Shown: piece by piece, positions 52,789-62,896 of the stretch
How positions within the stretch are numbered: position 1 is the stretch's first letter
Layout: the number at the start of each line of letters is the position of its first letter
Assembly (NCBI GenBank): GCA_963807605.1
Contig: CAWECG010000003.1
Coordinates: 32,001-96,000 of the forward strand
From: Candidatus Bathyarchaeota archaeon
Lineage (GTDB): Archaea > Thermoproteota > Bathyarchaeia > 40CM-2-53-6 > RBG-13-38-9
Direction of reading: 5' to 3'
Length of the DNA: 64,000 bases
Translations under genes and position numbers: made by a program
Notes under the pieces: model-generated
What the model was told of the DNA's origin: nothing
Database searches by the model: none
The model's input: only the letters and a program-made list of their open reading frames with translations

Positions 52789-53739
52789 ATGGAGTTAGAT
52801 GGACTGAAAAGATATGCAGCGTCAAAACAGATAGCTTTGGGCACAGTCGAAAAGGACTGCGTGCTGTCTGTAGTGCTTTCACAGCTTTCTAAGAGCCAGT
52901 TTGCAAACCAGCTAATCTTCAAAGGCGGCACAGCCATAAAGAAGGCCTATTTTCCAGACGCAAGATTCTCAGTAGATCTTGACTTCAACTTCTTCGACAT
53001 TTCAGGTGATGCGCTTGTTAAGGAAATCTCGGAGCTTTTCAGCGGAAAAACCATCCTAGAGACAGTATTTGAAGATATCAAGAATGTGGAGATGGGGAAT
53101 GATAAAGTGCTGTTACGCTTGAGGTACAAAGCACAACTTGACCATCTTGACAGTGTAAGACTCGACCTCACCTTCAGGGAACCAGTAATGCTCGAACCAA
53201 GATGGTGGACGCCAAAAGATGATTATGATGTGACAAGAAGAATGACTTGTGAACATCTGACCTTAGGAGACATCAGGCCTATAACGAACGTTGAAGAACG
53301 ACTTTACGGGTGTAAACTCGGCAGAATGAGCGGAACAGCAAGAAACCGCAGAGCATGTCTCGACTGCAAAATGCAGAGCCCGAGAAGGAAGGACCCACTC
53401 CCCTCAGCCTTCAAGGCAATGTCTCTAGAAGAAATGCTATCAGAGAAAGTCAGAGCATGCCTAATGAGAGGTAGGCCGAGGGACCTCTACGACATTTGGT
53501 TCCTTCAGTCAAAAGGCATCATCTTAGACCGTCAGATGACCATCGATAAGCTTCACCTCTACCAAGAATTTCATCAGAGAATACCCAATATCAGGGAAAT
53601 AAGAGAAAACTTGGTAGTTATTGAACCAGAATGGGACAGGAATCTTGCGGCCCTAGCTCCTTCAAAGACATATCCGAAGTTTCAGGAGGCTCTCGAGAGC
53701 CTGATTCTCTTTTTAGAAAAAACAGGTTGGGAAACATGA
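52789..53739 (+). CDS. abiEii: Type IV TA toxin AbiEii nucleotidyltransferase with Cys-rich insertion
   Basis: EKD, FKGGTA, RFS.DLDF, EKVRA, RDLYD. Confidence 0.9.
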   Translation: MELDGLKRYAASKQIALGTVEKDCVLSVVLSQLSKSQFANQLIFKGGTAIKKAYFPDARFSVDLDFNFFDISGDALVKEISELFSGKTILETVFEDIKNVEMGNDKVLLRLRYKAQLDHLDSVRLDLTFREPVMLEPRWWTPKDDYDVTRRMTCEHLTLGDIRPITNVEERLYGCKLGRMSGTARNRRACLDCKMQSPRRKDPLPSAFKAMSLEEMLSEKVRACLMRGRPRDLYDIWFLQSKGIILDRQMTIDKLHLYQEFHQRIPNIREIRENLVVIEPEWDRNLAALAPSKTYPKFQEALESLILFLEKTGWET

Positions 53740-53826
53740 CCCAGCACACATCTTAGCACACTTAACAAATTACGCTTGATCCACATGGAAGTTGATGCTG
53801 CCCATTCGTGTCTGAACGTGATACTG

Positions 53827-54672
53827 CTATGTTTTCTCTGTTAATTTTCGCTCGAGATCCTCCAGTCTTCTTGTTGCTTCCTCAAACTTTAGTGTGAGCT
53901 TCTTTACAGCCTCGTCGCGTCTCTGCATCTCTTCCTGGAGCTGGGAGACCTCAGCTGATCCCGAGATTATGTTAAGATACTTCTCAGCTATCCTGTACTG
54001 AGTCAGCGTATAGTTCTTGTCTTTGAAGAAATTGTCATACTGATTCGGATCTGTAACATGACCCATGAAGAATTCAACAGCCTCCAGATCTAACCCCTCC
54101 TTCTTGCCTTGAAGATGAAGTAGGGTTCTCGCTGTATCCCTGAACTCGTGCAGGTTGAAGCCGTGTCGGTTACCAGTTGAGCCGCCACGCTTAATGTATT
54201 TCAGCCTTTCAAGAAGCCGCAGATGCCTCATGCGTATACCATGTTTGCGTACAGCCTTCCCATCAGCATCCAGGTAGATGGGTTCACCGTCTCGAGGCCA
54301 GCCCCTCTTCCTCTCAAAATACTCCTTCCAGGCAGCTAGAGCATCGTAGCCGATGAAGGTGTGACATTCCCGCTTGCCCTTGTTCTCCTTTCGGCCAGCA
54401 TAACTAAACATGAAGGGCTCCTCAACTCCCTTCTCCTTCAAGTGTTTGACGAGAACTCCAGCGCAAGTCGTGTTGAAGATCATGAATCTCTCAAGATCCA
54501 TGATTCCCATCCATAAAGTCAGGTAGAAGGCTTTCCGACCAACATCCACATTATCAATTAAACTCTTAACAACCTCAACACTCAACCTGCCAGAACTCGG
54601 CGACTTATCAGGATTAATCCGAAAATCATCAGCAGGCAGGGAAACACGGTTCTTCTTGAAGAAACCCCTAAT
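53827..54672 (-). pseudogene. Tyrosine integrase, 5'-truncated at (CG)5
   Basis: LHEFRD, FFMGH, NQY. The frame IRGFFKKNR starts directly at the CG run. Confidence 0.8.
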
Positions 54673-54789
54673 CGCGCGCGCGTACGGGCTATTGATTCGC
54701 GATCGTGTATTCGAGTATTGGCTCAGATTGAGAAGCGCTTCTAGGTAGCCAGATCTGTGATCGAGTAGAAGCTGCTGAACCCTGACGAC

Positions 54790-56225
54790 CTAAGCTGGCT
54801 TCGTATATTCTAACCAGAGTCTGTCTCTCAACTTCTTGATCCCAGGGCTTATCCCGACAGGATACTGCTCAGTTGCGTCGATACTCCTTATCACATCAGG
54901 GAGCATCCCCAACTGTTCATTAGCATACTCCCTGACATCCTTAACATGTGGAAAGTTGTAGACTACCTTCCCCTTGACCATGATGGGGATCAATAAGGGG
55001 CGCCAGCCATCCTCTGGCTCTGGTTTCTCATCCCAGAGGGTTACCACATCCTCCGCGAACTTATCAGAGCTTGTGCGCCTGTAGACCTGCTTTCTTCCCG
55101 GCAAGGTCGCCTTTGACATATCGTCTGTGATCTTCATCTTGGGTATTACCTTACCATCCTCAATTCTCTCCGATATCTTGTATATGCCGTTGAGCGCCGA
55201 GACCTCCCCCCTGTCAGTCAACGGATTGTAGTTCGCACCCGTAATCAACCGTGTGCCCACTCCGAAACCGCCTATAGGTGCACCGGCTCTGAGGAGTCTA
55301 TCTATAACGAACTCGTCCAAGTCGCTACTGGCGAAGATCTTTGTTTCCCTCAGGCCTTCCTCATCTAGGATGGCTCTGACTTTCTTGCTCAATTCGAGCG
55401 TATCGCCACTGTCGAGTCTGACCCCTCTTAGTTCGCAGCCTTTCTTCCTGAGCTCTTTGCCAACTATGCATGCGTTCCTAGCTCCTGCCAGGGTGTCGTA
55501 AGTGTCTATAAGCAGTATTGAGTTGTGAGGAAATGATTCCGCATAGTCGCGGAAGGCATCAAGTTCGTTCTCCCTGTCCTGAATGAATTTGTGGGCCATG
55601 GTCCCGATGTAGGGTATGTCCCACATCTTGCCTGCCATAACAAGGGAGGTTCCTGTGGCGCCTCCGATGAAAGCCGCCCTAGCTCCCATGATGGCTGCAT
55701 CCCTACCATGAGCTCTCCTTGCACCAAAGTCTACAACATCCCTGCCTCGAGCGGCCTTGACTATCCTGGAGGTCTTTGTGGCTATGAGGGTCTGGAAGTT
55801 CATTATGTTGAGAACATATGTCTCGAAGAGTTGGACATCGGGGGAAGGCCCTGTGACATTTATTATCGGCTCATTCGGAAAGGCCACGGTGCCCTCGGGG
55901 ATAGCATATACATCTCCTGTAAATCTGAAGTTAAGGAGGTACTTGTAGAATTTCTCCTCGAAATCTTTTCCAGCAGTATCACTCAGCCATTCAATATCCT
56001 CCTGGGTGACTTGGCAGTTCTGGATGAAGTGGATGACCTGTTCTAAGCCGGCCGAGACAAGGTAGGAGCCTTGAGGTATCTTTCTGACATAGTAATTCTC
56101 TGTGATAATATCACGATTGAAGTGGTCAAGATTCGGCCTTTGCCATGGTTAATTCGTAATAGTCCAGAAAGAGACCCAAGGATTCTCTCATCAATCAAAC
56201 CTGACCTAGCTTGATTGTTACTCAA
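54790..56225 (-). pseudogene. pncB: Nicotinate phosphoribosyltransferase with two apparent +1 frameshifts near the 5' end (or sequencing errors)
   Basis: DYYELTM, AGLEQ, DFGARRAH, GTMAH, LIDTYD, RLDSGD, GVGT. Frameshifts near 56175 and 56131. Confidence 0.85.
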
Positions 56226-56392
56226 CTATTGCGACTCCCTAATGAGATCCTTGACTGATGTTCTTTGTGAAGGAATTTGTGAGCATCAGTGCCTCAGCAG
56301 TTCAGGTGGTAATGAAAACTTATATTGCGCATTTGAATCTAGTGGTTAGAAATGTAAGCTCAGAGTGAGATTCCCAAAGGAGCGCCAATCTA

Positions 56393-56827
56393 TTGCCAAC
56401 ACCATATGAGGTTCCAGTTGACTTATTCATCAAGAGGTTAGCCGCTTACCTGAAGGAGAATGTTGGAGAGGTCTCACCTCCAGCATGGTCTCTTACCGCC
56501 AAGACCAGTTCACACAAGGAATACCCTCCCCAGGACCCTGACTGGTGGTATACGAGATGCGCCTCAATCCTGCGCAAGCTGTACATTCATGGTACGGTCG
56601 GAGTCTCCAGAATGCGGGCTGAGTATGGTGGAAGGACGAGGCGCGGAACGAGCAGAGAACATGCGAGGGCCGGCGGGGGCTCATCTGTCAGAGAGCCGCT
56701 TGCACAATTGGAGAAGGCAAAGTTCGTCTCGAAGGTTGAGAAGGAGGGACGCAAGCTCACAAGCGAGGGGGTAAGATTACTCAACAAGCTCTCGACTGAG
56801 ATCCTTAAGAGCTCAAGAGTGGGGTAG
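56393..56827 (+). CDS. rps19e: 30S ribosomal protein S19e
   Basis: PP.W...KT...KE.PP..DWWY.R.ASILRK.Y. Confidence 0.97.
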   Translation: MPTPYEVPVDLFIKRLAAYLKENVGEVSPPAWSLTAKTSSHKEYPPQDPDWWYTRCASILRKLYIHGTVGVSRMRAEYGGRTRRGTSREHARAGGGSSVREPLAQLEKAKFVSKVEKEGRKLTSEGVRLLNKLSTEILKSSRVG

Positions 56828-56837
56828 AAGTTGGAAG

Positions 56838-57182
56838 ATGAGTTCTGAGGGCCTAGGCGAGGAGGAGCTCGAACAGATTCGTAAGAGGAAGATCTCAGAG
56901 CTCCAACGCGCGATGGCCGATGAACAGAGAGCAGAGAGAGCCCAAAAACAGCTAGAGTCTCAGAAAGAGGCCCTTTTGAGAGAGATACTTACGCCCGAGG
57001 CGAGACAGAGGCTGACAAACATAAGGATGGTCCGCCCGGACTTTGCTGACCAGCTTGAACTCCAGCTTATCCAGCTTGCTCAAGGCGGAAGACTCAGAAT
57101 TCCACTAAGTGACGTTCAATTGAAGGAAACCTTAAGACGCCTCCAAAGTCAGAAGAGAGAAATCAAGATAAGAAGGATGTAG
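56838..57182 (+). CDS. PDCD5-like DNA-binding protein
   Basis: ILTPEARQRL.N...RP; conserved operon position. Confidence 0.92.
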   Translation: MSSEGLGEEELEQIRKRKISELQRAMADEQRAERAQKQLESQKEALLREILTPEARQRLTNIRMVRPDFADQLELQLIQLAQGGRLRIPLSDVQLKETLRRLQSQKREIKIRRM

Positions 57183-57184
57183 AT

Positions 57185-57340
57185 TTGGCAAGAAACAAAC
57201 CAGCCGCCAGAAAGCGAAGACTGGGCAGTGCCGGCAAGAAGAGCAAGCCCGTCCCCACGTGGGTAGTTGGAAAAACAAAAGGGACGGTAAGGTCAACTCA
57301 CAAGAGCAGGCACTGGAGAAGAACCAAACTAAAAATTTAG
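57185..57340 (+). CDS. rpl39e: 50S ribosomal protein L39e
   Basis: MARNKPAARKRRL...VPTWV..KT....RHWRRTKL; 51 aa, not in the ORF track. Confidence 0.95.
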   Translation: MARNKPAARKRRLGSAGKKSKPVPTWVVGKTKGTVRSTHKSRHWRRTKLKI

Positions 57341-57352
57341 GTTGGAAAGGAG

Positions 57353-57736
57353 ATGCCGACGGAGGAAACTCAATCCGAACCGAAACCTGTAGATGAGGTT
57401 GAAGAGGAAGTGGAACAACCGGCACCCACCGTGAAGGCTGAAGAGCCTGTGCCACCTCCTGAGGAAGAAGGAATAGAGATTGTTGAGGAGAAGTTCTACA
57501 CAGTCAACCTTAGAGATGCTTGGACTGTGCCCAGAAAGCAGAGGGCGCCCAAAGCTGTCAGGATACTCAAAGATTTTGTAAAACGAAACATGAAGGCGGA
57601 AGATATCAAGGTCAGCAATGGAATCAACCAGGAGATCTGGTTAAGGAGCATACAAAAGCCTCCGAGAAAATTGAAGATACGTGTTGTAAAAGATAAAGAA
57701 GGACAAGTAATAATATTCCCCGTGAAAGCCGCATAG
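57353..57736 (+). CDS. rpl31e: 50S ribosomal protein L31e with acidic N-terminal extension
   Basis: YTVNL...RAPKA..IN..IW.R....PP.K. Confidence 0.95.
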   Translation: MPTEETQSEPKPVDEVEEEVEQPAPTVKAEEPVPPPEEEGIEIVEEKFYTVNLRDAWTVPRKQRAPKAVRILKDFVKRNMKAEDIKVSNGINQEIWLRSIQKPPRKLKIRVVKDKEGQVIIFPVKAA

Positions 57737-58101
57737 CGTATTGCGCGATTCTTTCCTAACAAAGAAGTAGCGTCCGCAAGTGAACAGTAGAGTAATCTTT
57801 CTCTAGAGAATCTTGTAGCGGGGATCCCTGAGGCCGCCATTCAGTGCCAATACGAAACTATCGTCAAGGTCACACAGGGATTGATGCCGTTAAGGCAAAA
57901 GACGCATGTCAGCAATGCACTGAGAATTCGAAACGACCGTTCACGGAAAACGCTATAAGATATCGGCAGCCACCCGCTACTCCTCTAGCTCTAGAAAAGG
58001 CAATAGCGAACGAGCCTGGAGATAACGAACAAAAACTATTAATCTCTAGGGGCTACGGGCTTGAGGTCGTACATTAGCTTGAAAGTCCGGGATGCTGTCT
58101 G

Positions 58102-59910
58102 ATGGAAATGAAAATCCTTGAAAAAGGCACCAAGTTTCAGGAACCCAAGATAACCCCTAATGATTTTCGAGAGTGGAATCGTAAGAATAAGCCTAGAGCT
58201 ATGAAAGACAAGACTATGGACGCGAAGACGGCGGTCAAGAAGTTCGTCAAGAGTGGAGATATTGTCTCAATAAGCGGCTGTAGCTTCGTAAGGATTCCAG
58301 TAGCCATCCTGCATGAAGTACTCAGACAAGGAACAAGAGACCTGTATGTTGCAGGAGGCACAAGATCTTACGACTTGAACATGCTCACAGATAACGGCAG
58401 AGTAAGCCACATCGACCCCGGATACATAATCGGTCTAGAGGTTCTTGGAATCCCCAAGATGAGTCGCAAAATAGTCGAGCAAGCCGTAACCAAAGGCCAA
58501 ATTACTCTCACTGAGTGGGACAACGCATCTATGGCTTGGAGACACAAAGCCGCGGGAATGGGGATACCATTCATCCCTGTCAGACATATGATGGGTGGAG
58601 ACGGATTCAAGTATAGTGGGGCAGTCAAAGTTCAATGCCCATTCACAAAAGAAGAAGTTGTTCTGGTTCCAGCTCTCTACACAGACGTAGCCTTGATCCA
58701 CGTACACGAATCAGACATCTATGGAAACGCGAGAATAACGTCAGGCGCGATTGTTGAGGATTGGGGCAAAGTAAGGGGCGCAAAGAGGGTCATCCTAAGC
58801 ACAGAGAAAATCATCAGCACCGAAGAGATCAGGAAGCAGCCTGACAGAACATTCGTTCCCTACTTCTATGTTGATGCCGTTGTAGAGGCAAAGTACGGGT
58901 CACATCCAGGCAACATGCCAGGGATGTACTATGTGGACATGGACCATTTTTCAGAGTACAGGACTGCTTGCGAAGATATGACGGGGGAGGCGTTGAAGCA
59001 GTATTACGACAAATACATCTTCAGCGTCGACTCGTTTGAAGAATATCTGTCTAAGATTGGCGGAGAGAAGAAGTTAAAGTATCTTGAAGATCTTGAGTTT
59101 TTGAGAGTGAAGCCGAGGAAGGGCCCCTCAATGACTGGAGAATACAACCCTATGGAATTGATGACAATAGTTGCCAGCAGAGACATAGAAGATGAGAAAA
59201 TAATCTACGTCGGAACAGGCATACCCATGCTCGTCACATCTCTTGCGCAGAAGACGAGAAATCTGAAGATCACCCCGATCTTCGAGGTTGGGGGGATAGG
59301 CCCTGAGATGCCGACACTACCCCTGTCTGTAGCCTGCTCAAGAACAACCTGGAGAGCCCTCAGAACAGCAGACAGCTCCGAAGCGTTTGAGATAGCGCAG
59401 GCAGGATTCGCAGACTACGCATTTCTGGGTGGAGCCCAGATCGACAAGTACGGCAATCTTAACTCGACGAACCTGGGCGATCATGACGCCCCTAAAGTTC
59501 GATTCCCAGGAAGCGGCGGCGCGAACGCCTTCGCCTCTTTCGCATGGAAGACCATGATAATCATGAATCACGAGAAGCGAAGGTTCATCGAGAAAGTTGA
59601 CTACATCACTTCGCCCGGATACCTTGATGGCCCCGGCGCAAGGGAGAAGATAGGACTACCCCCGGGAACGGGTCCGCACAGAGTATACACTACGAAAGGC
59701 ACCTTCGACTTTGATGAGAAGACCAAGAGGATGCGATTGTTTGCACTAAATCCTGGAGTGACTGTGGATGACGTCATCGCCAACACAGGGTTCGAACTTA
59801 TGATCCCGGCCAAGATTCAGCAGACGGAGCCGCCTACACGTGTAGAGTTGAAGATACTAAGGGAAGAAGTTGATCCCTACAGGGTTATACTTGGAAGGGG
59901 AGAGGCATAA
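58102..59910 (+). CDS. Family I CoA-transferase, fused GctA/GctB-like subunits
   Basis: DVALIH...D.YGN, HP, GTGIP, GGAQID.YGNLN, GSGG. Confidence 0.88.
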   Translation: MEMKILEKGTKFQEPKITPNDFREWNRKNKPRAMKDKTMDAKTAVKKFVKSGDIVSISGCSFVRIPVAILHEVLRQGTRDLYVAGGTRSYDLNMLTDNGRVSHIDPGYIIGLEVLGIPKMSRKIVEQAVTKGQITLTEWDNASMAWRHKAAGMGIPFIPVRHMMGGDGFKYSGAVKVQCPFTKEEVVLVPALYTDVALIHVHESDIYGNARITSGAIVEDWGKVRGAKRVILSTEKIISTEEIRKQPDRTFVPYFYVDAVVEAKYGSHPGNMPGMYYVDMDHFSEYRTACEDMTGEALKQYYDKYIFSVDSFEEYLSKIGGEKKLKYLEDLEFLRVKPRKGPSMTGEYNPMELMTIVASRDIEDEKIIYVGTGIPMLVTSLAQKTRNLKITPIFEVGGIGPEMPTLPLSVACSRTTWRALRTADSSEAFEIAQAGFADYAFLGGAQIDKYGNLNSTNLGDHDAPKVRFPGSGGANAFASFAWKTMIIMNHEKRRFIEKVDYITSPGYLDGPGAREKIGLPPGTGPHRVYTTKGTFDFDEKTKRMRLFALNPGVTVDDVIANTGFELMIPAKIQQTEPPTRVELKILREEVDPYRVILGRGEA

Positions 59911-59914
59911 GCCT

Positions 59915-61339
59915 CTATTTCGAAGAAGCTCTTATTCGCGAATATCTGTACATGGTGGCAAGTGCTTCGGCGGCCATCTCTGGTGAGATGTAGACCGGTA
60001 CCCCTTGCCCTTGCTTCTCAAGATCCGCCTGCATCTTGTCAACCATTTCCCACTCGCTAGTAGCATAGACTATGATGGGCTTCTCTGGGTGTCTTCTTGA
60101 AGCTGCAGCGATGAAGCTGTTATCCTTCAACTCTGTAAATCCCTTCGTGAGCATGAAACCGGCGATGATAGCGTCCACGTTTTTATCTTCAAACATGGAG
60201 TCGATAGCAACCTTGTAGGCTTCATCCATGCCTACAAACGAGACTGATGGCCAGATGTCATAGGGGTTCCCTACATCAATGAACGGCGGGCTTGCCTTCT
60301 TGAATTTGTTCAAGGTTTCATCTGTGAGTCTTGTGACCTCCAAGCCTGAGCTTTGACAGGCATCCGCCGTTATCACCCCTAGGGCTCCCGATGGTGTGAT
60401 TATTCCGACGCGATTGCCTCGTGGCGGTTGTTGGTAGACGAACGCTTTTGTGAGGTTTATGAGATCCATGTAGTTCTTTACGCGTATTACGCCAGCCTGT
60501 TTCAATGCAGCATCAACTATCACGTCATTGGCAGCTAGGGAAGCGGTATGTGAGTGGGCTGCTTTTGAGCCGGCAGAGGTTCTTCCGGACTTTAAAGCAA
60601 GTACGGGCTTCTTCTTGACAACCCTTTTTGCAACTTCCAAGAATCTTCTGCCGTCCTTCAGCCCTTCAATGTACATGGCTATGACTTTAGTTTCCGGATC
60701 ACTCTCCAAGTATTCTAGCGCGTCTGCATCGTCGACATCACACTTGTTGCCTAGACCTATCACTCTGCTGATTCCGAAATGTTCCTTTGAGAGTATCCAC
60801 TTGAATGTGACAGATGCAAAGTTACCTGTCTGAGCAATATAGGCTGCAGGCCCTGGCCTCAGGTCAACGCCTGCTTGGAAGGTTGTGGAAAAGCGGCTTG
60901 GAGTGCTGATGAGTCCGGTTGTGTTTGGCCCGATGATTCTCATTCCGGACTTTCCGGCGACATCTAGAATTTCCCGCTGCATCTTAGCGCCTTTTTCATC
61001 AACCTCGCCAAATCCTCCAGCGACGATGACGGCGTGTTTGATTCCTTTCTCAGCAAAATCCTTTATTACGCTAACAGCTGCTTCAGCTGGGACAAGGACC
61101 AGTCCAACATCAACGGGTCCGGGAATATCTTTCACATTAGGATAGGCCTTCAGGCCTAAGATTTCATCGACCTTTGGATTTACAGGGTAGATCTTTCCTT
61201 GGTAGCCAATCTTGAGAAGATTCTCAATAGCTATGTAACCTAGCTTTCCGGGGGTTTTTGAGGCCCCGACGACGGCGACGCTCTTTGGACTGAAGAATGT
61301 ATCCAGACTTGTCTTCATTATAGCCACTCTTTTCTGCAA
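59915..61339 (-). CDS. ADP-forming acyl-CoA synthetase alpha-type subunit (CoA-binding)
   Basis: VAVVGAS, GPN, GN..D, SHTASLA, NP.D. Confidence 0.88.
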   Translation of the reverse strand: MQKRVAIMKTSLDTFFSPKSVAVVGASKTPGKLGYIAIENLLKIGYQGKIYPVNPKVDEILGLKAYPNVKDIPGPVDVGLVLVPAEAAVSVIKDFAEKGIKHAVIVAGGFGEVDEKGAKMQREILDVAGKSGMRIIGPNTTGLISTPSRFSTTFQAGVDLRPGPAAYIAQTGNFASVTFKWILSKEHFGISRVIGLGNKCDVDDADALEYLESDPETKVIAMYIEGLKDGRRFLEVAKRVVKKKPVLALKSGRTSAGSKAAHSHTASLAANDVIVDAALKQAGVIRVKNYMDLINLTKAFVYQQPPRGNRVGIITPSGALGVITADACQSSGLEVTRLTDETLNKFKKASPPFIDVGNPYDIWPSVSFVGMDEAYKVAIDSMFEDKNVDAIIAGFMLTKGFTELKDNSFIAAASRRHPEKPIIVYATSEWEMVDKMQADLEKQGQGVPVYISPEMAAEALATMYRYSRIRASSK

Positions 61340-61394
61340 TGCTACATATCAAGGCGATAAAAACATTTTCTGGACATCTTCCACATCAAAGTGC

Positions 61395-62237
61395 ATGCAA
61401 AATCCATTAAGCACATTTAGCCCTGCGAATTGCCATGGCCCAAAAGACGCCGACGCTAAATGGAACCGTGATTCTGCGAAGACAGCAAGTCTTAATAATT
61501 ATTATTTTAGAATGACGGCTCAGGTGTTTGACTTGATTCGATTAATCGACCTCTCACAAGAGATCTACCAAGGAATGCCAGTCTATCCCGGTCATCTGAA
61601 GACTATTCTTTGGTACCACAATACGCATGAAGAGACGCGATCAACATTTCCGGACGAATACCCGTTCCACTCGTATGCTAGCATGGGCATGCTGATGAGT
61701 GATCACGGTCCAACTCACGTGGACTCTATTTTTCACATAAGACCGGATGGGGAAACAATAGATAAACTGCCTTTGGAAATGTTCTACACGGAGGCTGTGT
61801 GCCTTGATGTCTCTCACGTTCCCCCAGACAAATTCATCACGCTAAAGGACATAAAGGACGCCCTTGCCAAGCATAAACTGACAATCAAGAAAGGCGACAC
61901 AGTGCTGCTTTACACTGGACACTACAACAGGAGGTACGGAACGGAGGACTGGCTTTTCAAGTACACTGGCCTGGATATGGAGGCTGCAAAATGGCTTGGC
62001 GACCAGGGGGTAGTCAATATCGGCGAAGACGCGCCGAGCATAGATAGCAGCCAAGCTATGAAGTCAAGATACTATCCAGGCCACATAGTATGCAGAGAGA
62101 AACGCATCCTAAATACTGAGAACCTAGCAAACCTCGACAAGGTCGCAGGGAAACGTTTCATCTACGCAGGTCTACCTCTGAAGATAAGAGGAGGAACAGG
62201 CTCACCCATCAGAGCAATCGCCATCCTAAATGAATAA
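61395..62237 (+). CDS. Cyclase-family metal hydrolase (kynurenine formamidase-like); true start likely near 61512-61533
   Basis: DLS, H.PTHVD..H, ENL, GGTGSPIRA. Confidence 0.88.
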   Translation: MQNPLSTFSPANCHGPKDADAKWNRDSAKTASLNNYYFRMTAQVFDLIRLIDLSQEIYQGMPVYPGHLKTILWYHNTHEETRSTFPDEYPFHSYASMGMLMSDHGPTHVDSIFHIRPDGETIDKLPLEMFYTEAVCLDVSHVPPDKFITLKDIKDALAKHKLTIKKGDTVLLYTGHYNRRYGTEDWLFKYTGLDMEAAKWLGDQGVVNIGEDAPSIDSSQAMKSRYYPGHIVCREKRILNTENLANLDKVAGKRFIYAGLPLKIRGGTGSPIRAIAILNE

Positions 62238-62381
62238 ACTCCTGAAAAATTCAAGTCCCTGATGCGGGTAGATGCTGAACCAAAGCTCAAGCTAACAAGA
62301 AGACAATTAGCATATCCGAGCAGAGTATTAGTTCTGCCGTCTAGGCCGACAAGGCGGCCTCTTGAACTGGCGTCCTAGGTG

Positions 62382-62747
62382 TTAGAGCGAACCAATAAGG
62401 TAGGTGAGGTGCACATGCTGTAGCGGCGACTTTCCACCGACCGCCTTAGCCTTTATGATGGCGACTTCAGCCAGCTTGTCGGATATCACTTCGGTTGTTG
62501 CTTCGCCATTAACTAATTTGAGCGTAATGTTTTTTGAAGAGTCTTTAAACCGCAACCTACATTCATGATTTATCGAGACCTCAACAACGTCGTCTCTGGA
62601 GGTGTCGATCTTACCTTCGTTGGTTACGGCTCCGACTTTGATAGACTTCTGTTCTTCCTTTCCTATATGCGGAAGAAAGATTACCAGTTTAGTGGCTTGA
62701 GGCTTCTTCTCCTCTTTCTTGGTCTCGATTGAGGTTTCAACCATCAT
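62382..62747 (-). CDS. Hypothetical protein
   Basis: ORF with upstream TATA-like element. Confidence 0.55.
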   Translation of the reverse strand: MMVETSIETKKEEKKPQATKLVIFLPHIGKEEQKSIKVGAVTNEGKIDTSRDDVVEVSINHECRLRFKDSSKNITLKLVNGEATTEVISDKLAEVAIIKAKAVGGKSPLQHVHLTYLIGSL

Positions 62748-62896
62748 GCAAACCTTCGTGTGGAATTTCAGCTCTATGAGTTTCCATGATTTAAATTTTT
62801 TGACTATTCCGTGCGGATGACGGATGAATTAATTAAGCCCTGGCTAAGGGCAAAGCCTTTGATAAATATAAAAAAAGAAAAAAGGGAAAGAGTCGC

